DNA of 64,000 nucleotides, from positions 6,222-70,221 of the forward strand of contig PFET01000012.1 of the NCBI GenBank assembly GCA_002793855.1, given 5' to 3'. Shown piece by piece: positions 36,203 to 43,780 of the stretch (the stretch's first letter is position 1; each line of letters opens with the position of its first letter). The notes below the pieces were generated by a model. That model saw nothing but the letters and a program-made list of their open reading frames with translations. It was not told where the DNA came from and did no database searches. The DNA comes from Candidatus Uhrbacteria bacterium CG10_big_fil_rev_8_21_14_0_10_48_11 (lineage in GTDB: Bacteria; Patescibacteriota; Patescibacteriia; GWA2-46-9). A program made the translations under genes and the position numbers.

Positions 36203-37219
36203 TTAGAATTGCTGAAGGAAACGCATATCGTTTTCGTAGAGTATGCGTATATCTGGAATGCTAAGACCGCTACGCATAAGCATGGTTCGCTCTACGCCCC
36301 AACCAAAAGCGAGGCCGGAAATTTTTTTCGGATTTAGCTTGGCGGCCTTAAGCACATTTGGATGCAGCATACCGGCGCCGCCAAGCTCCACCCAACCTTG
36401 TTTACAGAGTCGGCAGCCCTTCCCGTTGCAGACCCCACAGCTAATATCAACCTCAAAACTCGGTTCGGTAAAACGAAAATGGTAGGGTCGGAGGCGAACC
36501 TCACGTTCTGTGCCAAAGTAAGCTTTTACGAAAAACTCGAGAACACCTTTGAGGTGTTGAAACGTAACACCCTCGGCGGCATAGACCCCGTCAAACTGGT
36601 GAAAGACGGGTGTGTGTGACGCATCTGATTGGCGTCGGTAGCATTTTTGTATATTGATGGAGCGGACCGGTAGGGGCAGCGTCGCCAGCGACCGTGCTGT
36701 TCCTGAGGTACCATGCGGCGTAAGCATAAAACGATAGTCACCACTTGGTTTCGCGTCCATAAAGAATGTCTCCCACTCATCTCGGGCAGGATGGTCTGCC
36801 GGCATATTAAGCGCTTCAAAAGGAAACCATTCGGTTTCAATATCAGGATGGCGAACCCGCGTAAACCCAATCTGTTTAAAAATAGCGGCAATTTCTTCTA
36901 TCGCTTTGGTTACCAAATGAAGATGTCCGGTCTCGGGAGAAATGCCGGGTAACGTCGTATCGATGGCAATTTCGCCGCCTTCGATACGGTCTACCGCGTC
37001 GCTTAACAACTGTTCTATTTCTTGGCGCGCACTATTGGCCGCACCACCAACCTGTGGTCGCTCCCTAACTGGTAACTCTTTCACGCCACGCAGAAGTGTT
37101 GTCAATTTTCCTTGCCTGCCAAGATACTCAAGACGAATCGACTCTATGACATTACTGGTTTTTGCTTCTTGGATTGCTAAGCGTGCTTCCGACAAAAGCG
37201 TGTCAATTTGCTTTATCAT
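36203..37219 (-). CDS. pheS: Phenylalanyl-tRNA synthetase alpha subunit
   Basis: Class II core motifs; 338 aa. Confidence 0.95.
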   Translation of the reverse strand: MIKQIDTLLSEARLAIQEAKTSNVIESIRLEYLGRQGKLTTLLRGVKELPVRERPQVGGAANSARQEIEQLLSDAVDRIEGGEIAIDTTLPGISPETGHLHLVTKAIEEIAAIFKQIGFTRVRHPDIETEWFPFEALNMPADHPARDEWETFFMDAKPSGDYRFMLTPHGTSGTARSLATLPLPVRSINIQKCYRRQSDASHTPVFHQFDGVYAAEGVTFQHLKGVLEFFVKAYFGTEREVRLRPYHFRFTEPSFEVDISCGVCNGKGCRLCKQGWVELGGAGMLHPNVLKAAKLNPKKISGLAFGWGVERTMLMRSGLSIPDIRILYENDMRFLQQF

Positions 37220-37605
37220 ACGTTCCGTCCTCGTCCTTGATAAGCAATCACCGCAAATTCAAGAAACGTAAGCGCGGCAATCAAGAAAAACATATTCCAC
37301 CAAGTCAATAATTGCTTGCTTTGCAAAAAAAGAGCGGCAATGACTAAAAAAGAAAAGGAGAAAGCCTGCCGAAAAGAAATAGTGACCTGCCGATATACCA
37401 GTTCGTTTTTAAAAAAAAGACGACGCAATAATAACCCCAGTAGAGAAAACGTGCCAGTCAGCGCCAAGTAAAGTGCAAGGTAGAAGACACTAAATCCTAA
37501 CCAACCAGCGGTCAATGGATCTAAAAAAAGAACAACTAAAATCCAGGCCGCCCAAGTCAGAACCGTACCAATGAACATTAACGTTGCGTATTGTTTCAGT
37601 GCCAT
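37216..37605 (-). CDS. Hypothetical polytopic membrane protein (129 aa)
   Basis: Four hydrophobic segments. Confidence 0.4.
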   Translation of the reverse strand: MALKQYATLMFIGTVLTWAAWILVVLFLDPLTAGWLGFSVFYLALYLALTGTFSLLGLLLRRLFFKNELVYRQVTISFRQAFSFSFLVIAALFLQSKQLLTWWNMFFLIAALTFLEFAVIAYQGRGRNV

Positions 37606-37665
37606 AAAGCAAAGTAATCTGTATACACACGATACCAGAATTTCTCCCGTTACTCAACGCATCTA

Positions 37666-37992
37666 TTACTCCGGTTGTGGATAGCGTCCCCTGTTAGCGG
37701 TCGGACGAACTCGCAAGCGCTTAATCCCCTGCTTCGGAAAGGTTGACCTGAGCGCTTCAAGCAGCGCATCAGCGCGTAACTTTAACTCTTGTCCTACTGC
37801 AGTATTTGCCGCGCCTATCGTTATTGTTCCGTGCGCAAATGACACCACCGAAAGGTCGGCTGGATGTAAGTCAGGAAGCATCTGTCGAATAATCAGTTCG
37901 GCATTTTCTACCACGACCGCGGCACTGACTGCTCGATCTGCTCCGGTTCGGTTAAGCGCTCCTTGTAGATAATCTCCTATTGATTTCAGCAT
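37666..37992 (-). CDS. DUF721-like small protein (108 aa)
   Basis: Size and composition typical of DUF721 proteins found next to replication/repair genes; weak call. Confidence 0.35.
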   Translation of the reverse strand: MLKSIGDYLQGALNRTGADRAVSAAVVVENAELIIRQMLPDLHPADLSVVSFAHGTITIGAANTAVGQELKLRADALLEALRSTFPKQGIKRLRVRPTANRGRYPQPE

Positions 37993-37996
37993 ACGG

Positions 37997-40954
37997 TTAG
38001 GCTTGCGAGAACGGACATATAGCTTTAAAGTCGCAATGTCCGCAGGTGTGCTTTGACGGTTTGGGCGGGAACTTGCCGTTATGAATAGTGGCTATGGTCT
38101 CGGTCACTTTTTGCTCAAGTTTATTTAAATCCGCTTCACTCCCTTTGAATGAAAGCGGTTTATTCTCGTTAAGATAATAAAACGTCAGCTGCAACGGTTC
38201 ATCGTGCCAAACTTTCTTAGCGGCGAGCTGGTAGATGAGAAGCTGATCTTTATCGACCTCAGCAAGGCTTGCCGGCACCCTTCCTGTTTTGTAGTCAATA
38301 ATTTCTATGCCACCCTCCACTGCATCAATGCGATCTATTTTTCCGCGTAACGTATAGGGGCCAATTTTTAACACAAAACCTTTTTCTACTGCTGTAGTGT
38401 CAGGCCAGTTACCATCGTGCAGTTTATAAAATGTTTTAAGCGACTGCTTGCCTTTCGCATAATACTCGTCATGCATTTTTCTGCTTGGGTACCATTCGTC
38501 TATCCACGCTTCATCAAAAAAGGCGATAAGATCCGTTAGCGTCGGCATCCCCTCTTGTTTCACCACTTGCTTTTCGTCGGAGAACAACCCTTCTTGCTTC
38601 TTTGCTTTGGCAGCAATGACCCGTTCAAAAAAACGTTCAAGGGCAAGGTGCATCGACTGACCAAAGCTGAAGGTGTGCCGTCCCCAGACCGGTACTTTCA
38701 AAACGTGAGCGTAGCGATACTGTAGCGGGCAGGTGGTAAATGCTTTTAGCGCCGTGTAGCTAAAGTGTTCTGGAATTGGTTCGGGAAATACCACCGGCCA
38801 CATTTCCGGCGCCGTTGCCATCGGAAAGGCGCGGGCACCGTCAGAGCTTAGCGGTGGAGAAAGCGGGATACCGAGCTCTACTAAAAAACGAGAAAGTTTT
38901 TTCTTGCGTACCCCGCCGTAATCTTCCGCTGAGGTAAAATAGAGTCCTTGTTTGGCACGGGTCATCGCCACGTAAAAAAGCCGTCGCTCTTCTTCGAGAT
39001 GAATGTCACCTTCTGGCAAAATTTCTTTCAATAACTCATCAGGCAACACAATGGGTTCGCTTCTCTCGGTCGACGGAAACCTGCGATCGACCAGCCCAAC
39101 AATAAACACATAAGGAAACTCGAGGCCTTTAGCCGCGTGCACGGTCATTAGCTTGACGACATCGGGACCTAGCTCTGGGTCAACAGTAATTGCTCCTGTT
39201 TCTCCTGACTCCATCTCAAAGGCAATCGTCTCCAAAAAATCTCGCAGGCGCGGGTCGTCCTGAGTTACCTCCCACTGCCGAATGCGCTGATAAAACTGGT
39301 TGAGATAACTAAAAGCAACCCGAGCATACTCATCTCCCGCTGCCTCAACCATTTTGGTATAGCCGATATCGGTAAGCGCACTCACTAACAATTCGCTAGG
39401 CGGACGGGAACTAGCCGCTTCGGTGTGTCGCCTGAGCTGCGCAAGCAGCTCATCAATGCTTTTCAACGTCGCCGTTGTCAGGTTCGGTACGACACGAGCA
39501 GAAGTGAGCGCCTGATAAAGCGATAGCGATTTCCGTTTTGCATAATGGCTAAGCTGAATAGCATCCTCTCCAGAAACATTCACTGCTGGGATGCTCAGTA
39601 CCCGCCACAGACTTGGACTCTCGTGGTAGTTATCAAGCAGCCGAAAGTATGACAACACATCAACAATGACCGGCGTTCGATAGAGTCCCCGATTGGAAAA
39701 TGAATGATGCGGAATCCCAGCTCGAACTAGTGCGGAGCTAAACTCGTTAGCCTGATCGTTCGACCGCGAGAGTATGGCAATATCTCCCCAATTCACTTTC
39801 TCTTTCTTGCGAAGCTCGGCAATCTTTTTAACAATGAGCGCCTGCTCATCAGCCAAACTAACGCCATTAAAATGCATTATTTCCCCTTTTGTTTTATTGG
39901 CCGCCCGCAACTTTTTACTTAGCGTCATACCATTAAGCAGGCTAAGCTGATCCTCTAATCTATTTGGATTATTTTGACAGATAAACGTATACGCAAGATC
40001 AAGAATTGATTGAGCAGAACGATAGTTTGTTACCAAAACAACGCTTTTTGCTTTTGGAAAATCTTTTTTGAATTGTAAAATATTACTCATTGACGCTCCG
40101 CGGAAGCGATAAATTGCTTGGTCATCGTCCCCCACAACGGTCAAGTTAGCTCGCTCGCCCGCTAACAATTTAACGAGTTCATACTGCGCCGAGTTAGTGT
40201 CTTGAAACTCATCAACTAATAAATAGCGGAACTGTCGGCGGTAGGTTTCGAGAGTGTCAGGGTGTGCTCTAAATAATCGCAGGGCGTAAACAATGAGATC
40301 GCCAAAATCAAGGGCGCTATGCTCCAGCAAGAGCTGCTGGTACGTATGGTAGGCGCCTGCCACTTCTTCAAGCCGCGCAGATTCGTCTTCTTCGGTATTT
40401 TTTTTGCGCTTGGCCTTTTTTGTGCGCTCGGTATCCTCAGCTAAGCGTTTCTCCTCCGCAAAAGACAGGTACGCTTCCGGATAAATCTCTTCATCTTTGG
40501 CGCGAGAGAAATGACGAACGAGCGCGTGTATAAATTTTGTCGGGTTGCCTAACGGTCGGTAGTAGTTAAGCGTAAAGCGATCCAAATTTTTTCGAACAAG
40601 CAGCCACTGCTCAGTTTCGGTAAGCACTTTGAAATCATACGGTACACCAATAGCTAAAGCGTGTCGCTCGAGTATGCGCTGACAAAAAGAGTGGAAGGTC
40701 GATACCCAAAGATCGGTATAGCCATAGGGAAGGAGTTTATCAACGCGCTCTTCTATTTCTCCTGCAGCTTTATCGGTAAAAGTCAGAGCCAAAATTTCGT
40801 CCGGCTTAGCCAATTTTTTATTAATGAGCCAGGCAAGGCGCTTGGTAATAACGGTGGTCTTCCCAGTGCCCGCGCCGGCAACAATCAGAAGTGGTCCGTC
40901 TCCGTGCGTTACCGCTTGCTCCTGTTCGGTATTTAAATCCTTTAATAACTCCAT
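37997..40954 (-). CDS. UvrD/PcrA-family helicase fused to a C-terminal PD-(D/E)XK nuclease carrying a Cys cluster (AddA/AddB-like in one chain)
   Basis: AGAGTGKT Walker A and UvrD motifs. The C-terminus has GKIDRIDAVEGGIEIIDYKTG and CPLQY...CGHCDFKAIC (RecB/Cas4-like Fe-S nuclease). Confidence 0.8.
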   Translation of the reverse strand: MELLKDLNTEQEQAVTHGDGPLLIVAGAGTGKTTVITKRLAWLINKKLAKPDEILALTFTDKAAGEIEERVDKLLPYGYTDLWVSTFHSFCQRILERHALAIGVPYDFKVLTETEQWLLVRKNLDRFTLNYYRPLGNPTKFIHALVRHFSRAKDEEIYPEAYLSFAEEKRLAEDTERTKKAKRKKNTEEDESARLEEVAGAYHTYQQLLLEHSALDFGDLIVYALRLFRAHPDTLETYRRQFRYLLVDEFQDTNSAQYELVKLLAGERANLTVVGDDDQAIYRFRGASMSNILQFKKDFPKAKSVVLVTNYRSAQSILDLAYTFICQNNPNRLEDQLSLLNGMTLSKKLRAANKTKGEIMHFNGVSLADEQALIVKKIAELRKKEKVNWGDIAILSRSNDQANEFSSALVRAGIPHHSFSNRGLYRTPVIVDVLSYFRLLDNYHESPSLWRVLSIPAVNVSGEDAIQLSHYAKRKSLSLYQALTSARVVPNLTTATLKSIDELLAQLRRHTEAASSRPPSELLVSALTDIGYTKMVEAAGDEYARVAFSYLNQFYQRIRQWEVTQDDPRLRDFLETIAFEMESGETGAITVDPELGPDVVKLMTVHAAKGLEFPYVFIVGLVDRRFPSTERSEPIVLPDELLKEILPEGDIHLEEERRLFYVAMTRAKQGLYFTSAEDYGGVRKKKLSRFLVELGIPLSPPLSSDGARAFPMATAPEMWPVVFPEPIPEHFSYTALKAFTTCPLQYRYAHVLKVPVWGRHTFSFGQSMHLALERFFERVIAAKAKKQEGLFSDEKQVVKQEGMPTLTDLIAFFDEAWIDEWYPSRKMHDEYYAKGKQSLKTFYKLHDGNWPDTTAVEKGFVLKIGPYTLRGKIDRIDAVEGGIEIIDYKTGRVPASLAEVDKDQLLIYQLAAKKVWHDEPLQLTFYYLNENKPLSFKGSEADLNKLEQKVTETIATIHNGKFPPKPSKHTCGHCDFKAICPFSQA

Positions 40955-40969
40955 ATTTTAATTATAGCA
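40955..40969 (-). promoter_or_regulatory. Extended -10 promoter (TGcTATAAT) 6 nt upstream of the helicase ATG, giving a leaderless mRNA
   Basis: Consensus TATAAT with an upstream TG; no -35 element. Confidence 0.45.
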
Positions 40970-40974
40970 CGCTC

Positions 40975-41013
40975 AAAAAAGGAGCCCGGCGTCGCTGGTA
41001 GCGAACGCCGGGC
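40975..41013 (-). terminator. Strong intrinsic terminator (GCCCGGCG..CGCCGGGC with nested TCGC/GCGA, then T6) ending the 41000-41560 transcript
   Basis: On the minus strand the hairpin is followed by CTTTTTTG. Confidence 0.7.
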
Positions 41014-41222
41014 ACTGTGTGCGGATACAACCGTAACATCGCCTAGTCGTAGGCGATAAATTTGATCCGCGCGATTATCTGGGAAAGACGAGCAATAGTC
41101 GCTATGCCCCGTGTTCCCTGCCGCTTACGCAGCTCCTCCTCAAGCTGCAGCACAGCAGAACGAAGCGCATGCGGCTAAAAACCTGCTCTTTCGACGTGGT
41201 GTGTACCCTCCTTGACTACCCC

Positions 41223-41366
41223 CTAGTCGGAGTAGTCATCGGGATCCATGCTTTGGTAATAATCCTCCTTTGCCTTTCTGTCCTCGCACGGGAGGACAAA
41301 ATGCCACGGGCGGATCTCTTCTCGAACTCCCTCCGCCACCTCTAACTCTTCAGTTTCCATTCGCAT
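41223..41366 (-). CDS. Candidate small acidic protein, 47 aa (MRMETEELEVAEGVREEIRPWHFVLPCEDRKAKEDYYQSMDPDDYSD)
   Basis: AGGAGAAGG Shine-Dalgarno sequence 6 nt upstream, and a TTGACG-16-TATGAT promoter at 41531..41558. It is followed by about 210 nt of GC-rich structured RNA and the 40975..41013 terminator. Confidence 0.3.
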   Translation of the reverse strand: MRMETEELEVAEGVREEIRPWHFVLPCEDRKAKEDYYQSMDPDDYSD

Positions 41367-41561
41367 ATCCTTCTCCTATGACAAACAACCCCGACGTATG
41401 CCGGGGTGGTTTGGTCTCTATGAATGAACTAGGACCTCAAACTACCCCGTCGTCGACGACGACAATACCACCGACAAGCTTAATGCCGGTAAAATTAAAA
41501 TAGTTTGAGGTAATGCATTGCATTGCTAAAATCATAGCACCAATATAAAACCCGTCAAGGG

Positions 41562-42761
41562 CTATTCGTCGTAGAGACGAATGAGCTCGTTGTACTTGTT
41601 GATTCTCTCGTTTCTCGGAGCCCCAATTTTAACCGCATCCGCGCTGCCGGCCTTTGCTAGCTCGATAATAAAGGGATCATCCGTCTCTCCTGAACGATGA
41701 GAGACAATAGTGGTGAGTTTATGCTGGCGAGCGATTTCTAGCGCCCTACACGACTCACTTACCGTTCCTACCTGATTCGGCTTAATGATAACCCCGCTAA
41801 TGCAAGCACGCTCGGCAAACCCCTCAATACGCTTTGGGTTTGTTACCGTAAGATCGTCACCAACAACCGAAAGATTAGGCAATGCCTCCAAAAGAGCGGC
41901 AAACCCCTCAGCGTCATCTTCAGCAAAAGGATCCTCGATACTAATAAGCCTAGGGATTTCGGTAGTAAATTTCTTGTACACTTCAACCATTTCCCCCGCA
42001 TTTATTGTTTTGCCACCAAATCGGTAACTCCCGTCATGATAAAAACTAGAAGCTGCGGCATCAAGCGCCAAGGATAAGCGATCCGAAAGCGACGACTCTT
42101 CTATGAGCGAGCTAAGTATTTTTAATGGTTCTTCATTGTTTTTAAAATCTACACAGTAGCCAGCTTCGTCACCAACCGGCAGTGCTTCCAGCTTACGGGA
42201 AGTGCGGAGCTGTTCCCCCAAAGTTCGGTAGAGAGCCACCAGTTCTTGTGTTAGTTCGGCGTAGGATATTTTTGGAGCAGCCACGAGCATATACTCTTGA
42301 ATAGCAAGATTGTTAGCAGCATGCTCGCCACCATTAATGACATTACTGTAAATGCGCGGACGAACGGCACCACTAACGTGGGCAAAAAACTCTTCGTGCA
42401 GTACCTCTGAAAGTTGCCTTGACTGTTCGGCGGCTAACGCGCGAGAGAGGGCAACAGAAATCGCAAGCGTAATGTTGCCGCCAAGTATAGCCTTGGTATC
42501 TGTTGTATCAATCCCTAGCAGTAGCTCGTCAACTTCATGAACGGAGCCGTACTCTCTGCCGAGCATTGCCTTTCGAAGCGCCTCAATTGACTGTTCGGCT
42601 TCATGGTACGAAAACACTTTTGCCTCTGCACTACCACGACTTTTACCTGAGGGCACCGCAGCACGATGAGAAACACGAGCGCCGTCGAGTGCTACAACTT
42701 CGATGGTCGGCTCACCACGAGAGTCAAAAATTTTTCTGACGCGTAGATCGTCTAACTTCAT
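41562..42761 (-). CDS. eno: Enolase
   Basis: SHRSGETDD, IIKPNQVGT and NGGEHA motifs; 399 aa. Confidence 0.95.
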   Translation of the reverse strand: MKLDDLRVRKIFDSRGEPTIEVVALDGARVSHRAAVPSGKSRGSAEAKVFSYHEAEQSIEALRKAMLGREYGSVHEVDELLLGIDTTDTKAILGGNITLAISVALSRALAAEQSRQLSEVLHEEFFAHVSGAVRPRIYSNVINGGEHAANNLAIQEYMLVAAPKISYAELTQELVALYRTLGEQLRTSRKLEALPVGDEAGYCVDFKNNEEPLKILSSLIEESSLSDRLSLALDAAASSFYHDGSYRFGGKTINAGEMVEVYKKFTTEIPRLISIEDPFAEDDAEGFAALLEALPNLSVVGDDLTVTNPKRIEGFAERACISGVIIKPNQVGTVSESCRALEIARQHKLTTIVSHRSGETDDPFIIELAKAGSADAVKIGAPRNERINKYNELIRLYDE

Positions 42762-43774
42762 TGCTGTGGTACTACATGCTCCGGCTTACCTGCTAAAAAA
42801 GCACGAAGATTGCCATAGGTAACGTCCATAATTCTTTCCATTGCCTCTTGGCTGTTAAACGCATTGTGTGGACTTACCAGAACGTTTGGCATTGTAATAA
42901 GCACCCTATTTTCTAGCGCGAGTTTTACTGCTTCTGGATCAGCGTCAGCGTGGCGCAAGAGCGCCGTTTCGTCACCGATTTCGCCTTCCCCTTCAAGCAC
43001 GTCAAGCGCCGCGCCGGCAACCGTACCGTCTTGTAATGCCGTTACTAACGCATCGGTTTCGATAAGCCCACCGCGCGCTGTGTTTACAATAAATACCCCG
43101 CGTTTAATCTGCTTGAGATTTTTTGCATTCAACAAATGATGCGTCGCCTCACTGTACGGTGCATGCAAGGTGACTACATCAGAGTTAGCCAAAAGTTCGT
43201 CCAGACTAACATAGCGGTAACCAAGCTCCGCTGCCGTTTCTTCTTTCGGATAAGGGTCGTAAGCTAGTACCCGCATATCGAACCCGAGAGCTATGTTGAC
43301 GGATACCATCCCGATACGACCGGTACCAATAATACCAATTGTTTTTCCACTAAGATCAGTACCGCGTAGTTCTTCGGGAGAAAATGGACCAGATTCTTTA
43401 ATACGATCTAGCGCCGTGTATACTTTGCGGGTAAGACTAAGCAGTAATCCAAACGCATACTCGGCAACCGTATGGTCGCCGTACCCAGGGACATAAGAAA
43501 CAATAATTCCGCGCTCTTTACATGCCGCAAGCGCCAGATGATCAAAACCCGTTGAACGGGTCGAAATGAACTTGAGCGCCGGCATCTTAAGCAACTCTTC
43601 CTTGGTCACTTTGGAACTAACAAAAACAGATAGCACCTCTAGCTTTGCCTTGTCTTCGTCGCTGATTTCGGCGAGTGATTTTTTTGCCAAAAACAGCTCC
43701 TCGTCAGGAAATTCTTTTCTAATCCGTTCTTCTTCCCACCCCTCGAGATCGATAAATCCAACAGTGTGCGCCAT
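42758..43774 (-). CDS. D-isomer-specific 2-hydroxyacid (D-lactate) dehydrogenase
   Basis: GIIGTGRIG NAD-binding motif and a catalytic R..E..H triad; 338 aa. Confidence 0.8.
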   Translation of the reverse strand: MAHTVGFIDLEGWEEERIRKEFPDEELFLAKKSLAEISDEDKAKLEVLSVFVSSKVTKEELLKMPALKFISTRSTGFDHLALAACKERGIIVSYVPGYGDHTVAEYAFGLLLSLTRKVYTALDRIKESGPFSPEELRGTDLSGKTIGIIGTGRIGMVSVNIALGFDMRVLAYDPYPKEETAAELGYRYVSLDELLANSDVVTLHAPYSEATHHLLNAKNLKQIKRGVFIVNTARGGLIETDALVTALQDGTVAGAALDVLEGEGEIGDETALLRHADADPEAVKLALENRVLITMPNVLVSPHNAFNSQEAMERIMDVTYGNLRAFLAGKPEHVVPQQ

Positions 43775-43780
43775 ACGAAT

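Noticed and set aside
41270-41503. 77-aa Pro-rich plus-strand ORF in the eno-helicase spacer
   Set aside because: Low-complexity P/T/L composition with no start context. The minus strand carries a promoter, an RBS-led ORF and a terminator, which explain the region better.
41000-41560. tmRNA or RNase P RNA in the structured spacer
   Set aside because: No GGGG...ACCA acceptor pairing with a G3-U wobble, no GGTTCGAATCC-type T-loop, no ANDENYALAA-like tag frame, and no AGGAAAGUCCGG or ACAGAACCCGGCUUA RNase P boxes were found on either strand. Left as unidentified.
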